Counted from the stretch's first letter, positions 1 to 7,849 are shown. The stretch: 12,978 nucleotides of DNA from Octopus sinensis (GCF_006345805.1 NW_021826359.1:1-12978), one strand, 5' to 3'. A program made the numbers and translations. The notes: generated by a model from the letters alone, not told the origin.

Positions 1-39
1 CACACACAAGAATGTAGACATACAGACAGATAGATCAGT

Positions 40-259
40 TTGTTTATTTTTCTGCTTTTCATTTACTTTTGTTTCTGTATTTGTGTAACTAAGAATCTAT
101 ATTTCCCTCATACGCTCTCTCTTCTTCTTCTTCTTCTCTCTCTCTCACCACTCATTCTTTATCTGCGTATACACACACACACACAAGCACACACAGTCAC
201 ATATTCTTGTCTATCTGTCGTCTATCTCTTCCTCCTCCCTCTGTCTGTCTGTCTGCCTG

Positions 260-302
<43 letters not shown>

Positions 303-680
303 GTTCTATCTCTTTGTCAATTGTTATTCCCTTATCTCACTTTTAACCATTTCCTCTCTTCCCGTTGTTCTCACTCTCTCTCTCTCTCTCTCTCTCCTTC
401 CCCCACTCCTTTCTCCATGTTTCCATTATCATTCTCCTCCCACTATCGGTTCCATTTTATCTTCGTATTTCGCTCATCCAGTCCACCTCTTTCCTCTCTT
501 TCTTTTGCCATCTTCACTCCAACCGTCTCTCTTCCCTCTATCTCTCTATCTCCCCCTCTATAAACGGTTCGCCATTCTCTTCCCTTCTCTCTTTCTATCA
601 ACACACTTCGATATGCATCTCACCTACCCTTACACTAAACAATTTCAATGAATCGTTCCCTATTTTTTTTCCCTCCTAAA
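40..680. repeat. Pyrimidine-rich low-complexity tract with (TC)n, (TTC)n, (TA)n and (CA)n microsatellites
   Basis: (TC)n at ~261-278 and ~375-394, (TA)n at ~279-302; the + strand is strongly C/T-biased; overlapping ORFs translate to L/S/I/Y repeats. Confidence 0.9.
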
Positions 681-782
681 TTCCAAATTCCTCATTCCAG
701 TTTCATGTCCAGAAACTGTTTTTGATGTAGGCAGAAAAGCAGGCACAGAGATGATACTATGAACAAAAGTCACTGAAACTAA

Positions 783-834
<52 letters not shown>

Positions 835-1010
835 TAAATAGATAATAAATAAATAAAACAAACAAAACAAATATAAAGTTTCGATGACCTCGTCATCACG
901 GTTGATATTGGTGACAATAAAAACGACAATAACAACTATTTCAACAACACAACAACTACTACTACTACTGTTACTACTGCTACAAAAACTACAAACACTA
1001 CTACATTTAC
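783..1010. repeat. (AAT)n microsatellite followed by degenerate (AAC)n/(ACT)n
   Basis: (AAT) run at 783-830; AAAT/AAAC units to ~870; AAC/ACT units at ~915-1010. Confidence 0.95.
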
Positions 1011-1073
1011 CATGGGGCAAATTCCAGCAATAAATAACAGAAAAAATACCAACGCATAAAATAACAAAGGAAT

Positions 1074-1279
1074 CCCCCTAGCATTGCTTGACAACCGATG
1101 CTGGTGTGTTTACGTCCCCGTCACTTAGCGGTTCAGCAAAAGAGACCGATAGAATAAGTACTGGGCTTACAAAGAATAAGTCCCGGGTTCGATTTGATCG
1201 ACTAAAGGCAGTGCTCCAGCATGGCCGCAGTCAAATGACTGAAACAAGTAAATGAGTAAAAGAGTAAGAGTAAAAGAGT
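1074..1279 (+). mobile_element. 3' half of CORE-type tRNA SINE (octopus OR2-like family)
   Basis: Near-identical to 12625-12800 (cattgcttgacaacc..gctggtgtgtt..gagaccgatagaataagtactgggcttacaaagaataagtcc..ccagcatggccgcagtcaaatgactgaaaca); ends in (AAGAGT)-like tail repeats. Confidence 0.9.
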
Positions 1280-1288
1280 ATACCTATA

Positions 1289-1388
1289 TGGATTTGGGTT
1301 CAATACTATAGTGCGGCACTTTGGTTTAGTTTCTTCTACTATGACCTTTTGAGCTGGATTTGGTAAACGGAAGCTGTCTGTGGAAGCA
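1289..1388 (+). mobile_element. Degraded 5' half of CORE-type SINE
   Basis: gggttcaatac..ggcactttgg..tcttctactat..gagctggatttggtaaacggaagctg aligns by eye with 12466-12570. Confidence 0.65.
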
Positions 1389-1675
1389 TGGCGGGGTAGC
1401 CGTTCCTATTTTGTGGGGCGGTAGACTTAATTTGTCAGTTTAATATAATTACCTGATAGTTGAGTGACTTTAGTAGACTCAACTTTGTTGTAAAGAACGA
1501 AAGATCAAGAGAGAAATGTCAAAGTTCCCTCATCCCTCAGGATAATTTCTCCGCACAGTCTCAGAGGCCCCTGAATATATTTATGAACACTGCCCGTATC
1601 TTAACCGACTAGAGTGTAGAATAAGAAAAAATATAGGCAGCAATAAAGAACATTACTATAAATAATATCTAACAT

Positions 1676-1872
1676 AGGCACAAGATATGTAATTCTTAGA
1701 AGGTGAGGGTTAGTGGATTACATCGGAGAAACGAAAGGTAAATTAACATCGGCTGAATTTGAATTCAGAATGTTGAGTCGAAAGAAAAACTGCTAGGCAG
1801 TTCGTTCGATGCTCCACATGATTTGTATTTTTAAATTATCGATTTCGAAAGGATGAAAGGCAAAGTTGATCT
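1676..1872 (-). mobile_element. Degraded Meta-like tRNA SINE fragments (1676-1812 and 1830-1872)
   Basis: aggcacaag..gattacatcg..gaatttgaattcagaa and ttatcgatttcgaaaggatgaaaggcaaagttga match the intact copy at 11550-11776. Confidence 0.7.
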
Positions 1873-2340
1873 ACCCGCCGTCAGACATCTACCATACTCT
1901 GAAGGTCTTGCTTCCTTGGGCACGGATACATTAAAGCTCTGACGTCTGGCAACTGACTTGGAAGGCACCCACAAGATTATCCACCAACTTTCCAACAACC
2001 TTGGGCACCTTTTTGAATTGCATATGACAAACACTCACGAACATGCTTATAAAATTAAAAAAACAACACAACACCCATGACTTTCGGAAACATTTCTTAC
2101 GCTCAGAATTGCTGAAGCATGCAATAAACTACCCGCATCAGATGCTAGCTGTCGAGACACTACATCCTTCAAAATTTCCATGCTTCCAGAAATCCGCCAA
2201 CGGTACACCTGATGGGGTTTTTTTTCTTTTTTTTTTAGTTTTAATGCACTGCATGCATCAATTTACTTCATCATATATCTAGGTATTTTTTGAACTCAGA
2301 ATGTATACAGCCGGTATAAATATCACTAGACATTTCTTTA
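1871..2340 (+). mobile_element. CR1-clade LINE remnant: decayed ORF2 C-terminus plus 3' UTR
   Basis: Manual translation across two frameshifts gives LPAVRHLPYSEGLASLGTDTLKL*RLATDLEGTHKII..HLFEL..NTHEHAYKIK / KQHNTHDFRKHF / TLRIAEACNKLPASDASCRDTTSFKISMLPEIRQRYT* (stop 2210-2212). This matches the CR1 post-RT pattern LxYxxRL..L..L..RR..DL...YKI....F....TRGH..K....R..FF..RV...WN.LP.......FK. Premature TGA at 1940-1942. Confidence 0.85.
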
Positions 2341-2395
2341 TGTCGTTCTCAAGATGCCACTAACTCACCGTCTGACATCAACAGCATTTCTTTCT

Positions 2396-2585
2396 ACTAA
2401 AGAGGCACAAGGCATGAAATTCTGCGGGAGGGAGTTAGTCGATTACATCAACGCCTTCTCTGGTGTTTATATCATCAATCGTGAAAGGATGAAAGGTAAA
2501 GCCCGACCTCAGAACGTAAAGACGGGAGAAATGCTTGCTAAGGATTTTGTCCGACGAGGTAACGATTATGTCAGATCACTGCCTT
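2396..2585 (-). mobile_element. Meta-like tRNA SINE, diverged
   Basis: aggcacaaggcatgaaatt..tagtcgattacatcaac..gaaaggatgaaaggtaaagcccgacctcagaacgtaaagacgg.. is collinear with 11550-11776 with a small deletion. Confidence 0.75.
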
Positions 2586-2638
2586 TCTAACATCAATAAT
2601 CCTTTCTACTATGGGCATAAGGTCTGAAAATCGGCCTC

Positions 2639-2730
2639 ATTATTATTATTATTCACGTCACTGCCTGCATTCGAACTCGAAATCTTGGCGTTAGTTAAGA
2701 GTAGCCCGCGCTCTTAACTACTACGCCATA
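2639..2730 (-). mobile_element. tRNA-derived head (A and B boxes) with (AAT)5, inverted relative to the adjacent element
   Basis: Minus strand reads tatggcgtagtagttaagagcgcgggcta..ccaagatttcgagttcgaatgcaggcagtgacgtg(aat)5. A-box-like TGGCGTAGTAG; B-box-like GAGTTCGAATG. Confidence 0.75.
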
Positions 2731-2764
2731 ACTCCAAGATTTCGAGTTCGATTCCAGGCAGTGA

Positions 2765-2842
<78 letters not shown>

Positions 2843-2966
2843 CAACATCGAAAGATACCCAGGTTCGAAATTTCCCCAAGACACCTGATGAAGGCTGGAG
2901 GGTATATAAGCCGAAACTTTGTGTTGACGACAAACAAGATGAGGACAAATATACGTCAAATGTAAG
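2731..2966 (+). mobile_element. Short composite element: 5'-truncated tRNA head, (AAT)23, and a hammerhead-bearing body
   Basis: B-box gagttcgattcc at 2744-2755; (AAT)23 at 2769-2837; body at 2840-2966 containing CTGATGA..GAAAC. The right boundary is approximate. Confidence 0.65.
2880..2925 (+). ncRNA. Minimal type I hammerhead ribozyme-like motif (probably decayed)
   Basis: Stem I GACAC 2880-84 / GUGUU 2921-25; core CUGAUGA 2885-91; extra A 2892; stem II GGCU 2893-96 / AGCC 2909-12; GAAAC 2913-17; UUU 2918-20 at the cleavage-triplet position. Confidence 0.6.
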
Positions 2967-2968
2967 CA

Positions 2969-3093
2969 AATGCAAGGAAACAGTTGCATAATCAAATGCC
3001 TGCACACCTAGCGAACTATGTTGCGTAGAAATAATTGTACTGATTAATAATAAATGTCCAAGCCTACCCCTTCTTGTTGATTCCAATGTTTTC

Positions 3094-3096
<3 letters not shown>
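2969..3096 (+). repeat. Unclassified ~128 bp dispersed repeat, copy 1
   Basis: About 80% identical by eye to 7318-7445 (aatgcaaggaaacagttg..ccccttcttgttgattcca..ttttcaat); both copies are followed by (TA)n. Confidence 0.85.

Positions 3097-3177
<81 letters not shown>
3097..3177. repeat. (TA)~40 microsatellite
   Basis: Pure TA run; CA/TA runs follow to ~3260. Confidence 0.97.
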
Positions 3178-3179
<2 letters not shown>

Positions 3180-3768
3180 TTCACCGTACGAGAGATTTAG
3201 AATTTAGTATTTCTGACACCACACACACACACACACATTACTCACCCACATATATATATATTTATACATCTTAATCTTTCTGATGCGACTCTTCCCTATA
3301 CTGTTCTCTCCCTCTATGAATACACATACAAACATACAAAAGCACACATACAAACAAAGACACGTGCATACTCATGCACACATACGACCAGACGGAAGGG
3401 CAGTACTTCAGAGTATTGCTCTGAAATTGGCCTTAACAAAACTGCTCAACACTTTATGTCCAAGGTCAACTGAATTCAGTGCATTATTGCATGAGGTCAC
3501 CAGCTCTTAGACGCAACTCATTCCTTTACAAAGTAAAAAATAAATATGTTTATATAAAAACAAGGAAACAAATATATTACATCATGCAAAAGCTAACGAT
3601 CCATCTGTGGTCAGTGAACAAAAGCGCCATTGTTCAGAGATTAAGGCTTCGCTTGGACATTAAATTAATCACCAATATCTCTGAAAAGAATTTAATGGAT
3701 TTACACGCACACACACCCAGACACACACACAAAAATATAAATAAAAAACAACACACAATAAAAGTAGA

Positions 3769-3799
3769 TGATGATGGTGATGATGGTGATGATGATGAT
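3769..3799. repeat. (GAT/GGT)n microsatellite
   Basis: gatgatggtgatgatggtgatgatgatgat. Confidence 0.9.
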
Positions 3800-3962
3800 T
3801 AGCACGCTAGAGAAAATGTTTAGTAGCATTTTTCCCGGCCATTTCGTTCTGTGCTCCAAGGTCTTTCATCTATTCGACAAAATAAGTGCCACTTGAACAT
3901 TCGAATCGATATAATTGAGTTGACCCAACCACACAAAAATTTCAGACTTTGTGCCTATAGTA
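3799..3962 (+). mobile_element. Old Meta-like SINE copy
   Basis: tagcacgc..aaatgtttagtagcattt..cgttctg..ctttcatc..aaaataagtgcca..tcgatataattga..aaatttcagactttgtgcctatagt. Confidence 0.6.
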
Positions 3963-4004
3963 TTATAGTAAAAAAAAATTTATAATTATTATCATTATTA
4001 AGTG

Positions 4005-4234
4005 TGATAGCTGGCAGAATCGCTAGCACGGCGTGTGAAATGCTGAGCGGTATCTCGTCTGCCGTTACGTTCTGAGTTCAAATGCCGCCGAGGTCGACTT
4101 TGCCTTTCATCCTTTCGGGGGTCGATAAATTAAGTACCAGTTACGCACTGGGGGTCGATGTAATCGACTTAATCCGTTTGTCTGTCCTTGTTTGTCCCCT
4201 CTATGTTTAGCCCCTTGTGGCCAATAAAGAAGTA
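4005..4234 (+). mobile_element. Near full-length young Meta-like tRNA SINE
   Basis: A-box-like TGGCAGAATCG at 4012-22; B-box-like GAGTTCAAATG at ~4074-84; central gcctttcatcctttcggggtcgataaattaagtacc resembles the Meta/MESC SINE domain (from memory); highly similar to the reverse complement of 11550-11776. Confidence 0.9.
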
Positions 4235-5030
4235 AGAAACATTAGCACGCCGGGCGAAACGCTTAGCGTTTGATGTAATCGACTACTCACAGTCCCCTAA
4301 ATTTCAGGCCTTCTGCCTCTAGAAAAAAAGATTATTATTATCATTATTATGTCGGTGAGCTGGGAGAATCGTTAGCATGCAAAGCAAAATGCCTAGCGGT
4401 ATTTCGTCCGCCTGTACGTTCCAAGTTAAAAATCCGCCTAGGTCGTCTTTGAATTTTATCCCTTTCGGTGTAGATGAAATAAGTACAACTTGAGGACCTG
4501 GGTAAATGTAACCTGCTAGTCCCCAAACTTGCGGGTCTTTTGCCAATATTTATATGACCATTGTTATTCTTACGAGTCCGGTGTCTTGACAGAATCATGA
4601 GAGTATCGGTTACAAATGCTCTACAGTGTTTAGTGAAGGTTCTTTTCCAGGGCAAATCTCGTCAAGATCAACTTTGGCTTTCGTAATCTTGGAATCAATA
4701 GCATTTTATTTTATCAAGTTCTGAAATTTGTAAAATAGAATATTTGTCAAGCGCTGGTTCAGTTTAATCGACTAGTTCTTTCCTTTAGAATATAGAATTT
4801 TGCCCTTCTTTGAATCCTTTGTTATAAATATGATCACTATCAGTACAACAGAGTGGAATAATCAGGGGAAGTAACAACTAAACAGTTTGTAGTACTTTGT
4901 AGCACATTTTTATTCTACTTGTAGCACATTTTTATTCAAAGTACGTTCAGATCACGCCATACTCAATATAGCCTTTTATTCTTCCGAATTCAATAATTAA
5001 AGTACCAGTAATATACTGGAGCAAATATTT
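4235..5030 (+). mobile_element. Further same-strand Meta-like SINE copies of increasing decay (~4235-4325, 4352-4550, 4588-4815, 4940-5030)
   Basis: Recurrent motifs ttagcacgccgggcgaaa, gagctgggagaatcgttagcat..gcggtatttcgtc, aaataagtac, aatcgactag and aattaaagtaccagt. The last two copies are weak. Confidence 0.6.
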
Positions 5031-5111
5031 GAGAGAGAGCCAGTGTAAAAATCATTATTAAAATAAATCAATGTGGAAGCCGTTACAAAAGCGCAGTCAT
5101 GTCTCCTTCAG

Positions 5112-5228
5112 ATACTCTCTGTAAAAAAGACAGTCATTAAAACCTGAAAGGATGCATTGCACAGAATATTTCTAGATACACTACATTTGATAAAAATAGA
5201 GTTGGCCATGGTAGAAATGCATCTCATC
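5112..5228 (+). other. Candidate internal exon (5' UTR plus start codon?)
   Basis: Acceptor-like tgtctccttcag|, donor-like catc|gtaagt, GCCATGG Kozak context at ATG 5208 giving MVEMHLI in phase 0. Motif matches only. Confidence 0.25.
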
Positions 5229-5502
5229 GTAAGTGTGCTCGATAAAATCTGACCTTGGGTTAAACAAACAGCATCGACACTAGCAATTAGTATTAGCACT
5301 ATTGGATGTTAGTACTGAACCTTCGAATTCACTAGACAGGTAGTCCTGACATTTTTTTCTCGGGACCCAAGACTCATAAGGCCGATTACCCGGTTTCCGG
5401 TGAGGTGGAGGAGGGGTATAAGTGACCGAGCACTCAACGATACTCCCGAACGAATCACCGGTCCGTTGTACAGTTCGAAGCTCGCTGTTCTGAGGGAAAG
5501 GT

Positions 5503-5660
5503 GGAAATCGATTATATCAACCCCAGTACTTTATCGATCCTAGAGGGATGAAAGGGAAAGTTGACCTTCGCAGGATGTGAACTCAGGATTAAAAAAACCC
5601 CGGAAGATATGCCTTCAAGCATTTTATTCCGCGCCGCCTTATTTCAGACAATAACGTTCA
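5503..5660 (-). mobile_element. Diverged Meta-like SINE
   Basis: tcgattatatcaaccccagtac..ttatcgatcc..gggatgaaagggaaagttgaccttcgcaggatgtgaactcag. Confidence 0.7.
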
Positions 5661-5683
5661 GCTTACATTCTTTTAATAACAGA

Positions 5684-6054
5684 ATGGATGGAAGCACTCC
5701 GTCGGTTACGACGACGAGGGTTCCGGTTGATCCGAATCAACGGAACAGCCTGCTCGTGAAATTAACGTGTAAGTGGCTGAGCACTCCACAGACACGTGTA
5801 TCCTTAACGTAGTCCTCGGGGATATTCAGCGTGACACAGAGAGTGACAAGGCCGGCCCTTTGAAATACAGGTACAACAGAAACAGGAAGTAAGAGTGAGA
5901 GAAAGTTGTGATGAAAGAGTACAGCAGGGATCACCACCATCCCCTGCCGGAGCCTCGTGGAGCTTTAGGTGTTTTCGCTCAATAAACACTCACAACGCCC
6001 GGTCTGGGAATCGAAACCGCAATCCTATGACCGCGAGTCTGCTGCCCTAACCAC
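5684..6054 (-). mobile_element. Long (~370 bp) tRNA-derived SINE, distinct family, 5' end clipped
   Basis: Minus strand begins agtggttagggcagcagactcgcggtcataggattgcggtttcgattcccagaccggg (partial A box, B box GGTTTCGATTCC) and ends gacggagtgcttccatccattct with short CCAT tail repeats; GC-rich relative to flanks. Confidence 0.8.
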
Positions 6055-6099
6055 TTTTTAACGCAGGCATGAAATCACAAAATTGAGGCAACAGCCATA

Positions 6100-6253
6100 C
6101 TCTATTAGGACTACTTCATCACTTCGCTGGTACTTCATATATCAACCTTAGATGGATCTAAGATAAGTAAATCGTGGCGAAAATTGAAGCCTGAAATCAT
6201 AAACACCGCAAATCATTTTCCCCGACAGTCCGCTGTTTCTGCCAATTACCGTC
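6100..6253 (-). mobile_element. Highly degraded Meta-like SINE
   Basis: gactacttcatc..ctggtacttcatatatcaacc..aaattgaa..gtttctgccaattaccg. Confidence 0.5.
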
Positions 6254-6728
6254 AATAAATGCAAGAATATGAAGATAATGTCATTGCGAAGTCTCAGATG
6301 TTTTAACACAAATGAATATAAATCTGTTTACATGTACGATTAAAAGATAGTGTGTACTCGTGGAAGTATAGTACACATGCGGTGTTGGAGACATTCATGA
6401 ATGCCTATTGAGTAAGAATATGTGTATGTGTCTGTGTGTGTGTGTGTACATATTAAAGTATATATATATTATGATGTATATTCTTTTATTATTTTTTTCT
6501 TTTACTTGTTTCAGCCATTTAACTGCGGCCATGCTGGAGCACCGCCTTTAGTCGAGCAAATTAACCCTAGTACTTATTCTTTGTAGGCCCAGTACTTATT
6601 TTATCCGTCCATTTCGCCGAATCGCTAGACACACAACAGCGGTTTTCAAACGATGTCGGGGGAACAAACACACACACAAACATGTACACACACATACATA
6701 TATACATACACATATATGTATATATATA

Positions 6729-6915
6729 GTCGCCATGATAGATCGTTAGCCACTACACACATTTTTTCTCTCCTTGTTTTTTCTGTGTCCCTTTCTGTAG
6801 AAGAGCGTAGGCTCGAAACGTAAAAGATGTTTTTCTGTTCCTGAGCGTTATACTAATACATCTGTTTGTTTTGTACACCACCTGTCTTCGTCTTTTGTTT
6901 TTTTTCGTAAACATT

Positions 6916-6919
<4 letters not shown>
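6729..6919 (+). mobile_element. Short hammerhead-like-motif element, copy A (PLE pseudo-LTR-like), flanked by (TA)n on both sides
   Basis: Homologous to 7557-7715; (TA)n at ~6700-6728 and 6919-7002; no TIRs or poly-A seen. Confidence 0.7.
6791..6826 (+). ncRNA. Minimal type I hammerhead-like motif with A6U core variant
   Basis: Stem I CUUU 6791-94 / AAAG 6823-26; CUGUAGA 6795-6801; extra A; stem II GAGC-GUAG-GCUC 6803-14; GAAAC 6815-19; GUA 6820-22; ACGU palindrome spans helix III. Confidence 0.55.
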
Positions 6920-6964
<45 letters not shown>

Positions 6965-7289
6965 ATATATATATATAATATCTAGATATTATATATATAT
7001 ATACGATGAGGGTCTTAAGGTTTCGTCTACCAAACCCACTCACAAGGCTTTGGACGCCCGAGGCTATAGTAGAAAACAATTGCCCAAGATACCACGTAGT
7101 AGGACTGAACTCGGAACCATGTGCTTGGTAAGCGAGCTACTTACCACACAGCCCCCTCCTGCGCCTATGAGTAGATATAAGCATGAACAGACATATAATA
7201 TATGTATATGATATATACAAATATATATAGACAGATAGGATGTTCTCCAAGCCGATGATTTAAAACTTACGGAGACAATATTTACATAT

Positions 7290-7445
7290 CGCCTGAGGAA
7301 GCACAGCTGGATCTCATAATGCAAGGAAACAGTTGTATAATCAAGTGCCTGTACATCTGGAGAACTACGTTGCGAGGAAACAATTGTAGTGATTAAAAAG
7401 GAAGTGTCTAACCATGCCCCTTCTTGTTGATTCCATTTTTTCAAT
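7290..7445 (+). repeat. Unclassified dispersed repeat, copy 2 (with a possible ~30 bp 5' extension containing CTGAGGA)
   Basis: 7318-7445 aligns to 2969-3096; followed by TA/CA microsatellites. Confidence 0.85.
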
Positions 7446-7475
7446 AATATATATATACACACAACACCACACACA

Positions 7476-7550
<75 letters not shown>

Positions 7551-7556
7551 TATATA
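7446..7556. repeat. (CA)n / (TA)n compound microsatellite
   Basis: Seen directly. Confidence 0.95.
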
Positions 7557-7590
7557 TTTCTGTTGAAGAGCGTAGCTCGAAACGTTAAAG
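7557..7590 (+). ncRNA. Minimal type I hammerhead-like motif with A6U core variant
   Basis: UUU 7557-59 / AAA 7587-89; CUGUUGA 7560-66; extra A; GAGC-GUA-GCUC 7568-78; GAAAC 7579-83; GUU 7584-86; AACGUU palindrome. Confidence 0.5.
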
Positions 7591-7715
7591 ACTTGTTTCG
7601 TTTATATTTCCTGAGCGCCATACTAATACATTGTTTGTTTGTATTCCACCTGCCTTCGTCTTTTGTTTTTTCCGTAACCTGCCTTCGTCTTTTGTCTATT
7701 TTCATAAAGCTTACC
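7557..7715 (+). mobile_element. Short hammerhead-like-motif element, copy B (5'-truncated, internal 19 bp duplication)
   Basis: Aligns to 6792-6915; acctgccttcgtcttttgt is repeated at 7648-7666 and 7677-7695. Confidence 0.7.
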
Positions 7716-7727
7716 GTTATAATATAT

Positions 7728-7849
7728 ATCCTTTTATTCTTTTACTTGTTCAGTCACATTTGACTGCGGCCATGCTGGAACACCACTTTTAGTCGAGCAA
7801 ATCGACACCAGGACATTCTTTGTAAGCCCAATATTTATCCTATTGGTCT
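7728..7849 (-). mobile_element. 3' fragment of CORE-type SINE
   Basis: ttttacttgttcagtcacatttgactgcggccatgctggaacaccac..gtcgagcaaatcgac..ttctttgtaagccca..tattggtctc. Confidence 0.85.

Larger units (their letters stand above)
6485..7166 (-). mobile_element. CORE-type (OR2-like) SINE split by an insertion in its internal microsatellite
   Basis: 3' half at 6485-6690 (cttgtttcagcc..ctgcggccatgctggagcaccgcc..) and 5' half at 7002-7166 (..ctaccaaacccactcacaaggcttt..ttaccacacagcc..cctgcgcc). Order and strand match the intact copy at 12414-12823. Confidence 0.85.

Noticed and set aside
871-910. Minus-strand GUGAUGA..CGAAAC with a 6 bp hairpin (gatgac-gag-gtcatc)
   Set aside because: C3 is missing, and helix I and helix II cannot be formed in the same register as the core; not a credible hammerhead.
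40-1020. ORFs 40-651, 207-563, 365-679, 660-935 and 757-1020
   Set aside because: They are translations of TC/TA/AAT/ACT repeats, which lack stops in some frames; no domain-like sequence.
1457-1483. 8 bp stem agttgagt/actcaact after ctgat
   Set aside because: No GAAA or cleavage site follows; short stems are expected by chance.
2043-2282. 79 aa ORF as a gene
   Set aside because: It is one frame of the frameshifted CR1 remnant.
2654-2730. Possible true tRNA gene on the minus strand
   Set aside because: The anticodon arm is disrupted by the 10 bp inverted repeat, the T and acceptor stems pair poorly, and it runs into (AAT)n; better read as a SINE-type head.
3283-3802. ORFs 3283-3510 and 3479-3802, and minus-strand acceptor-like sites
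   Set aside because: Partly CA/GAT repeat translation; candidate minus-strand exons are closed in all frames; no recognisable homology.
4897-4937. 19 bp direct repeat ttgtagcacatttttattc (two copies)
   Set aside because: Only two adjacent units with a 3 nt gap; a slippage duplication, not a CRISPR array or TSD.
5561-5989. ORFs 5561-5812, 5737-5940 and 5804-5989
   Set aside because: They lie within SINE sequence.
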